Source: Mobula hypostoma
Lineage: Eukaryota
Length of the DNA stretch: 64,000 bases
Direction: 5' to 3'
Assembly: GCF_963921235.1 (NCBI RefSeq)
Contig: NC_086102.1
Span: forward strand, 177,692,001 to 177,756,000
Below are positions 1-64,000 of the stretch, piece by piece; positions within the stretch are counted from its first letter, which is position 1; each line of letters starts with the position of its first letter. A program made the position numbers and the translations under genes. Below the pieces are notes generated by a model. It saw only the letters and a program-made list of their open reading frames with translations. It did not search any database and was not told the DNA's origin.

Positions 1-75
1 GTTAGGTCTGAAGTCATAGAAGAAGCAAGAACTTAACTATTCAGTCTCTTGCCATTGTGAGATCATCATCATTAC

Positions 76-579
76 TGTGGTGTCTGTGGTGGCCAGTGCT
101 GTCATGTTTGCTGTTGTGTGCTGGGGCAGCAGGCTGAGGGTACCAGACACCAACAGAATCAATAAACTCATTCGTAAGGCCAGTGATGTTGTGGGGATGG
201 AACTGGACTCTCTCACAGTGGTGTCTGAAAAGAGGATGCTGTCCAAGTTGCATGCCATCTTGGACAATGTCTCCCATCCACTACATAATGTACTGGTTGG
301 GCACAGGAGTACATTCAGCCAGAGACTCATTCCACCGAGATGCAACACAGAGTGTCATAGAAAGTCATTCCTGCCTGTGGCCATCAAACTTTACAACTCC
401 TCCCTTGGAGGGTCAGACACCCGGAGCCAATAGGCTGGTCATGGACATTTCATAATTTACTGGCATAATTTACATATCACTATTTAACTATTTATGGTTT
501 TATTACTATTTATTATTTATGGTGCAACTGTAACGAAAACCAATTTCCTCCGGGATCAATAAAGTATGACTATGACTAT
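76..579 (+). mobile_element. 5'-truncated Rex1/Babar-like LINE (ORF2 C-terminus and 3' tail)
   Basis: ORF 77..433 ends HPLH...PRCNTE.HRKSFLPVAIKLYN; AATAAA and (TATGAC)n tail; near-identical copy at 49188-49503. Confidence 0.8.
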
Positions 580-925
580 TATGTGTCACATCATGCCATT
601 GGCAATCATGATCTCATGACCATGATTGTTCTTGGCAAATTTTTCTACAGATGTGGTTTGCCATTGCCTTCTTCTGGGCAGTGTTTTTACAAGATGGGTG
701 AGACCAGCCATTATCAATACTCTTCAGAGATTGTCTGCTTGGCATCAGAGGTGGCAGAACCAGGACTAGTGGTGTGCAGCAACTGCTCAGACGACCATCC
801 ACCACCTGCTCCCTTGGCTTCACTTGACCCTGGTCGGGGGGCTAAGCAGGTGCTACACCTTGCCCAAGGGTGACCTGCACGCTAGCGGAGGGAAGGTGCA
901 TCTTACACTTCCTTACCTCCACCCA
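580..925 (-). mobile_element. Non-autonomous retroelement/SINE with RTE-type 3' tail
   Basis: Homologous to 43780-44055 and 55150-55490; carries GAAGGCAATGGCAAACCAC...TTGCCAAGAACAATCATGG, resembling RTE/Bov-A-type tails. Confidence 0.65.
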
Positions 926-1189
926 ACTACCTTAATTGTAGGGACTTTAATTTGGCCAAATTAGGTCATAGTTGCTTGAGAAGCAAATGGATGACAGGAT
1001 ACATTTACCTTCAAAGGCCAAGGATCATATTAATGTCAGAAGAGTCGGATGTTTCTAATTTGAGACCACAAACAAAAAAAGAAAAGGATTTAACATAAAA
1101 ATGGACAAGACTGGAGGCATACTGGAAGATTCCAAGTGTCATTTCATTAGCCAAATTGCTGATAGTGGCTCAGTTAAGGACCAACATTT

Positions 1190-2060
1190 CACCTTTTCTA
1201 AGCCCTTCCCCAATTGGGGTGGGCAGTGCGGTCCCTAAGTAGGGCTGGTCAGTCGCATGGGTCTGCCGAAAACAGCTGCCACTCTTCCCAGCTGCTAGTG
1301 ATCAAATACCCTGTGCTGCTGCCATGCAGGGTTCTGATTAGGAGTTCCCAGTCCATTCGTACTTGCTCCCATTGCCAGATGCCTCATCACCGTCAGACTT
1401 CAACCATATGTGAGGTCCAAGTATTGTTCACCGTGGTCAGGGGTGGGGACCTATGCACGGAAGATCTTAAAGTGCCACAGCGGGTGCGCCATTCCCCAGT
1501 AGCACTATCTTCACCATGTTGAGGTAAATCCCGATGGCAAGGGTGATCCCAGGACAACCGGTCCCACATCTTGGGTGCAGGAGGCTTCCGGGTCCTTTGT
1601 CTGCTAAGGCCCGCCTATTGCGCGCCGCCCGCGCATTGCCTTTCTGTCAGGGTGTTCTCCCTTAGCCTTGTCTCAACAGACTTACTACAAGGCAGTCGGG
1701 CTATTTGCCCATAGCTGGGGCAGTGGTTGACGGGCACCAGGGCATGTCCACACAGTGGTGGGCTTGCCCGCCACGTCTCTGGGGCCCACTGCTGCTCCGA
1801 GATCCCCTGTAGTTTAGCCTGGGACTGTAAGATACCCAGTTTCCATGTGTGGCCCCAAGGAGGCACTGCAGGAGTCTTGGTGGTGGAGAGGCTCTGTACT
1901 GGCAGGAGGAGGCTTACCCACTCGGTTCCTCTTTTCACCCTTTATTAAGAAGACTAGCCAGCGGCAATAGCTGTAAGCAGAGAGTAGCAAGCGGAGAGCA
2001 CTATGCGGTATACAGCATGCACTAACTACAAGCACTACTACACTACTGCACTAGACACTT
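1190..2060 (-). mobile_element. GC-rich 5' leader of an RTE-clade LINE, truncated before the ORF
   Basis: GC-rich structured island with no credible protein; ends TTAGGGACCGCACTGCCCACCCCAA..GGGAAGGGCTTAGAAAAGGTG, resembling (from recall) the pre-ORF segment of fish RTE elements; HDV-like fold at its 5' end. Confidence 0.6.
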
Positions 2061-2081
2061 CACACACACACACACACACAC
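1804..2081 (-). ncRNA. Putative HDV-like (nested double-pseudoknot) self-cleaving ribozyme
   Basis: Minus strand: P2 CTCCTGCAGT (1874-1865)/ACTACAGGGG (1813-1804); P3 GCC/GGC; L3 TCCTTGG; P1-3' CACACAT; P1.1 GG; P4 CTGGG/CCCAG; J4/2 GCTAA with catalytic-C equivalent at 1817; P1-5' GTGTGTG from the (GT)n at 2081-2061. Confidence 0.75.
2061..2081 (+). repeat. (CA)10 microsatellite
   Basis: Direct reading. Confidence 0.95.
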
Positions 2082-2085
2082 TAGA

Positions 2086-2258
2086 GGCCGGTGATAGAGC
2101 AGCATCAGGACTGGTCTTCAAGGCGGATGGTCCCGAGTTCGAATCCGGCCGGTCCCAACCTACTTTCGTATCTTGCCATGAAAACCCTACGGACAACTAC
2201 ACTATCCACCAAGTCGCCAGGGCTCGACGATGAGTCGATGGCACTGAACAATAACAAC
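2086..2258 (+). mobile_element. tRNA-derived SINE with RTE-like tail
   Basis: tRNA-like head with perfect B box GTTCGAATCC; tail TATCTTGCCATGAAAACCC...GGCACTGAACAATAACAAC. Confidence 0.7.
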
Positions 2259-2282
2259 AGAGACAGAATGCATGACCAAACA

Positions 2283-2878
2283 ACAGGAATTCTGCAGATG
2301 CTGGAAATTCAAGCAACACACATAAAAGTTGCTGGTGAACGCAGCAGGCCAGGCAGCATCTCTAGGAAGAGGTACAGTCGACGTTTGGGGCCGAGACCCT
2401 TCGTCAGGACTAACTGAAGGAAGAGTGAGTAGAGGATTTGAAAGTTGGAGGGGGAAGGGGAGATCCAAAATGATAGGAGAAGACAGGAGGGGGAGGGATG
2501 GAGCCAAGAGCTGGACAGGTGATAGGCAAAAGGGATACGAGAGGATCATGGGACAGGAGGTCCGGGAAGAAAGACAAGGGGGGGGGGACCCAGAGGATGA
2601 GCAAGGGGTATATTCAGAGGGACAGAGGGAGAAAAAGGAGAGTGAGAGAAAGAATGTGTGCATAAAAATGAGTAACAGATGGGGTACGAGGGGGAGGTGG
2701 GGCCTTAGCGGAAGTTAGAGAAGTCGATGTTCATGCCATCAGGTTGGAGGCTACCCAGACGGAATATAAGGTGTTGTTCCTCCAACCTGAGTGTGGCTTC
2801 ATCTTTACAGTAGAGGAGGCCGTGGATAGACATGTCAGAATGGGAATGGGATGTGGAATTAAAATGTGTGGCCACTGG
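2283..2878 (-). mobile_element. Penelope-like element 3' part (GIY-YIG C-terminus and terminal region with hammerhead-like motif)
   Basis: Minus-strand VATHFNSTSHSHSDMSIHGLLYCKDEATLRLEEQHLIFRLGSLQPDGMNIDF*; same family as 36200-37082, which shows the GIY-YIG motif. Confidence 0.8.
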
Positions 2879-3184
2879 GTGCATGACCAGTCCAGTGTTG
2901 GTGCACTATTGGCATGAAGATGGAAAACACTTGTTTCCCATTCAGAATCCAGAATTTACACATTTTGCACGTCTACGGAGGTAGATCTCAAACCTAGAGC
3001 AACACACAACAGGAGATCAGGCAGGACCTATGGAGGGTAATGGACAATTGAAATTTCAGGTTGACACCCTTCACCTGGAGGTAAATGCCAGGAGTTCCTT
3101 TGCAGAGTTGCAGGCATTTTAACAAAAACTAAAATTTTGAATTGCTTGGGCTCCGTGATTCCCATTCTCACTCGCAGCATTCCA

Positions 3185-3480
3185 AAAATCTCAAGTCAGA
3201 GTGTGGGGGAATACTCTCAAGTTTGCCTGAACGAGCGCAGTTTCAACAATACTCCAAAAACTTAATGCAATCGCGGACACAGTGGCTCGCTTGGCTGGTA
3301 CCCCATCCACCACCTTAAACATTCACTCTGCTCGGCAGTGGGCACAGTTGCTGCAATATGTTCTATTTATAAAATGTACCACATCTATTTGCCTGGCTCC
3401 TTTGACAATACCTCTCAAGCACTACACAGATTCACAAAGGTGGTTATTGAACTTAGAGGGAGACAGCACCATCTGCACCC
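3185..3480 (+). mobile_element. Old CR1/L2-group LINE fragment
   Basis: Degraded frame ARLAGTPSTTLNIHS... resembling an RT-downstream region. Confidence 0.5.
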
Positions 3481-3990
3481 TTCGGCCCATGAAGTACTGA
3501 CCAATATAAACTGACTCCATGATCAATCTAACCCTTCCACCCTACGCTACATTTTTTCTTATATCCATCTAAGGGTCTTTTAAATGTCCCTATTGTATCA
3601 CTTTCTACCACAACTGCTGGGCAGCACAATCTAAACATCCACAATCTCTATGTAAAAGAAATGTCTCTTCTATCTCCCTGAAACTTTCCTCTGCTCACTG
3701 TAAGTGGATGTCCTCTGGTATTGGCTGCTGCCACTCTGGGAAAAAGGTGCTGATTTGCCACTCTATCAATGCCTCCCATCATCCTATATTCCTCCATCAA
3801 AGCATCTCTCTTCCTCCATCACTCCAAAGAGAAAAGCCCTAGAGCGCTCATCCGCTCCTCACAAGACATATTCTCTAATCCAGACAACATCCAGGTAAAC
3901 TCTCCTGCACCATCATCAGAGCTGCCCCATCCTTCCATAAAATGATGAACAGAACCAAGCAGAGTACTCTTAACATCAGCAACTTATCAC
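3480..3990 (-). mobile_element. Old CR1 LINE 3' fragment
   Basis: Similar to CR1 3' ends elsewhere in the window, e.g. 40285-40712. Confidence 0.55.
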
Positions 3991-4039
3991 CACCACTCAA
4001 GCAGTTTGAGACAGGCTGGCTTAAGAGCAAGAGTGAAAA

Positions 4040-4603
4040 GGTGAGTGAGAGAGAAAGAGCAAAGAAAAAAGAGAAGGGTGGGGGAGAGGGAGATAGAGGG
4101 GATTAAGGGAGAGGGGGAAGAGGGGGGAGAGTGGAGGGGTAGAGAGGGCGGAAGAGGGAGAGAGAGAGGGGGCGGGAGGACGAGACAGAGGGGGCGGGAG
4201 GGCGAGACAGAGAGGGCAGAAGGGGGAGGGGAGCGGAAGGGAGGGGGGGCAGAAGGGAGAGAGAGAGAGGTGGGGGGCGGAAGGGAGAGAGAGAGGTGGG
4301 GGGTGGAAGGGAGAAAGGGGGGGCGGAAGGGGGAGAGAGAGAGAGAGAGAGAGAGGACGGAAGGGGGAGGGGGGCAGAAAGGAGAGAGCGAGTGCAGAAG
4401 GGAGAGAGAGAGAGAGAGAGAGGACGGAAGGAAGGGGCAGAAGGGAGAGAGAGGGGGCGGAAAGGAGATAGAGAGAGGGCAGAAAGGAGATAGAGAGAGG
4501 GCGGAAGGGAGGGGGGCAGAAGGGGGGGCGGAGGGAGGGGGGGCTGAAGGGAGAGAGAGAGAGAGAGGGCAGAAGGGAGAGGGAGGGGGAGGCGGAAGGG
4601 GGA

Positions 4604-4656
<53 letters not shown>

Positions 4657-5355
4657 CGAGCGCGCAGAAGGGAGGGGGGCGGAAGGGAGGGAGAGAGTGC
4701 AGAAGGGAGAGAGAGAGAGGACGGAGGGGGGCGGAAGGGAGAGTGGGGGGCGGAAGGGAGAGAGAGGGGGCGGAAGGGAGAGAGAGAGGGCAGAAAGGAG
4801 ATAGAGAGAGGGCGGAAGGGAGGGGGCAGAAGGGAGGGGGGCGGAAGGGAGGGAGGGGCGGAAGGGCGAGAGAGAGAGAGGGCAGAAGGGCGAGAGAGAG
4901 AGAGGGGGAGGAAGGGCGAGAGAGAGAGGGGGCGGAAGGGGGAGAGAGAGAGGGGGCGGAAGGGGGAGAGAGAGAGGGGGCGGAAGGGGGAGAGAGAGAG
5001 GGGGCGGAAGGGGGGAGAGAGAGAGGTGGGGGGCGGAAGGGAGAGAGAGAGGTGGGGGGTGGAAGGGAGAAAGGGGGGGCGGAAGGGGGGGCGGAAGGGG
5101 GAGAGAGAGAGAGAGAGAGAGAGAGGACGGAAGGGGGAGGGGGGCAGAAAGGAGAGAGCGAGTGCAGAAGGGAGAGAGAGAGAGAGAGGACGGAAGGAAG
5201 GGGCAGAAGGGAGAGAGAGGGGGCGGAAAGGAGATAGAGAGAGGGCAGAAAGGAGATAGAGAGAGGGCGGAAGGGAGGGGGGCAGAAGGGGGGGCGGAGG
5301 TAGGGGGGGGCTGAAGGGAGAGAGAGAGAGAGGGCAGAAGGGAGAGGGAGGGGGA

Positions 5356-5438
<83 letters not shown>

Positions 5439-6890
5439 CGAGCGCGCAGAAGGGAGGGGGGCGGAAGGGAGGGAGAGAGTGCAGAAGGGAGAGAGAGAGA
5501 GGACGGAGGGGGGCGGAAGGGAGAGTGGGGGGCGGAAGGGAGAGAGAGGGGGCGGAAGGGAGAGAGAGGGGGCAGAAAGGAGATAGAGAGAGGGCGGAAG
5601 GGAGGGGGCAGAAGGGAGGGGGGCGGAAGGGAGGGAGGGGCGGAAGGGAGAGAGAGAGAGAGAGAGAGAGGGCAGAAGGGCGAGAGAGAGAGAGGGGGAG
5701 GAAGGGCGAGAGAGAGAGGGGGCGGAAGGGGGAGAGAGAGAGGGGGCGGAAGGGGGGAGAGAGAGAGGGGGCGGAAGGGGGGAGAGAGAGAGGGGGCGGA
5801 AGGGGGGAGAGAGAGGGGGCGGAAGGGGGGAGAGAGAGGGGGGGCGGAAGGGGGGAGAGAGAGAGAGAGAGAGAGGACACAAAAGGGAGAGAGAGAGGGG
5901 GGCAGAAGGGAGAGAGAGAGGGGGGCAGAAGGGGGAGAGAGAGAGAGAGGGAGGGGCGGAAGGGGGAGAGGGGGGGCGGAAGGGGGAGACAGAGAGGGGG
6001 CGGAAGGGCGAGAGAGAGAGGGGGCGGAAGGGAGAGAGAGAGGGGGAAGAGGGGGGGAGGGGCGGAAGGGGAGAGGGGGGGGGGCGGAAGGGGGAGACAG
6101 AGAGGGGGGAAGGGGAGAGAGGGGGAAGGGGAGAGAGGGGGGAAGGGGAGAGAGGGGGAAGGGGAGAGAGGGGGAAGGGGAGAGAGGGGGAAGGGGAGAG
6201 AGGGGGAAGGGGAGAGAGGGGGAGAGAGGGGGAGAGAGGGGGAAGGGGAGAGAGGGGGAAGGGGAGAGAGGGGGAAGGGGAGAGAGGGGGAAGGGGAGAG
6301 AGGGGGAAGGGGAGAGAGGGGGGAAGGGGAGAGAGGGGGGAAGGGGAGAGAGGGGGAAGGGGAGAGAGGGGGAAGGGGAGAGAGGGGGAAGGGGAGAGAG
6401 GGGGAAGGGGAGAGAGGGGGAAGGGGAGAGAGGGGGGCGCGGAAGGGGAGAGAGAGAGGGGGGGCAGAAGGGGGGAGAGAGAGAGAGAGAGAGAGGGGCA
6501 GAAGGGGGGAGAGAGAGAGGGGGCAGAAGGGGGGAGAAAGAGAGAGGGGTGCGGAAGGGGGAGAGAGAGAGAGGGGGGTGGAAGGGGGGAGAGAGAGAGG
6601 GGGTGGAAGGGGGGGAGAGAGAGGGGGTGGAAGGGGGGGAGAGAGAGAGGGGGCGGGTGGAGAGAGAGAGAGGGGGGTGGAAGGGTGGGGGGGGCGGAAG
6701 GGTGAGGGGGAGAGAGAGGGGGGGGGCGGAAGGGTGGGGGGAGAGAGAGGGGGGGCGGAAGGGTGGGGGGAGAGAGAGGGTGAGAGAGGGTGAGAGAAAG
6801 GGAGAGAGAGAAAGCAAGAGATAGAGCAAGTGAGCTGGTGTGAGAAAAAGAATGAGAAAAAGAGAGAGAAAAAGAGAAAGGAGAGAGAGA
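4040..6890 (+). repeat. About 2.85 kb polypurine (GA/GGAA/GGCGGAAG) complex satellite with higher-order duplication
   Basis: Almost purely G/A on +; landmark GAGCGAGCGAGCGCGAGCGCGCAGAAG recurs at about 4647 and 5429; 16-mer GGGGGAAGGGGAGAGA array at about 6105-6435. Confidence 0.97.
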
Positions 6891-7049
6891 GGATGTTAGA
6901 TAAAAATTAAGTAAAAATAAATAGACCAATATATACACACACACGTGATCAGGATTTATTACAAAAATGTTAACTGATTTTGAATTTGATTTTCCAATTA
7001 CTGTTTAGGCATGCAAAGTTCTTAACTTATTGAAGAAGAATAAGATTAC

Positions 7050-63818
<56,769 letters not shown>

Positions 63819-64000
63819 CTGCGCCAAACATACATAAATTTTTAAAAATTCACTTTAATTAAAATGAACATTTCATTTTAAAGGATTTATATTTCCTCAT
63901 GAATAGAATCCTAGGGTGTGGGTTTGAGAGTAGGCACATGTGATGGCTAACTCCACCTCTCAGATTTAAGGAGTTACCTCAACTAATTAAAATTCCAGGA

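Noticed and set aside
1655-1790. Possible second HDV-like fold on minus (GCTAT/ATAGC stem, CCTTGT/ACAAGG, GCTAA)
   Set aside because: The loop lacks the TCC/TTC needed for P1.1, and P2 and P1 partners are unconvincing.
2086-2157. tRNA-like sequence with apparent TCA anticodon (tRNA-Sec or opal suppressor)
   Set aside because: No long variable arm, poor D and anticodon stems, and it runs straight into a retroposon tail; it is a SINE head.
3987-6944. Long Pro/Ser/Leu-rich and Gly/Arg/Glu-rich ORFs (up to 985 aa)
   Set aside because: Artefacts of the GA satellite, which lacks stop codons in several frames on both strands.

Overview
Eukaryotic, repeat-rich vertebrate DNA. The repeat repertoire suggests a cartilaginous fish, probably a ray; this is inference, not directly shown. 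The whole window lies inside one minus-strand gene, soluble adenylyl cyclase ADCY10. I reconstructed 15 GT-AG coding exons between 63818 and 7050 (2676 nt, about 892 codons). They splice in one continuous frame and cover the STAND/P-loop NTPase, Cys-rich and TPR-like C-terminal region; the cyclase domains and last exons are outside the window. The introns hold CR1, Rex/Babar-like, RTE, Hero-like (RLE) and Penelope-like retroelements, Tc1 transposons, SINEs, two solo-LTR-like elements and a 2.85 kb GA-rich satellite that causes the long low-complexity ORFs. Highlights: (1) a well-formed HDV-like self-cleaving ribozyme fold (minus strand, 1804-2081) at the 5' end of an RTE-like leader, whose P1 helix seems to need an upstream (GT)n microsatellite; (2) about 10 decayed minimal hammerhead motifs in Penelope-like termini; (3) a 1.55 kb foldback Tc1 made of two inverted transposase 3' halves; (4) a DE-to-DQ Walker B and extra linker exons in ADCY10. 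Repeat boundaries are approximate; exon boundaries were read base by base.
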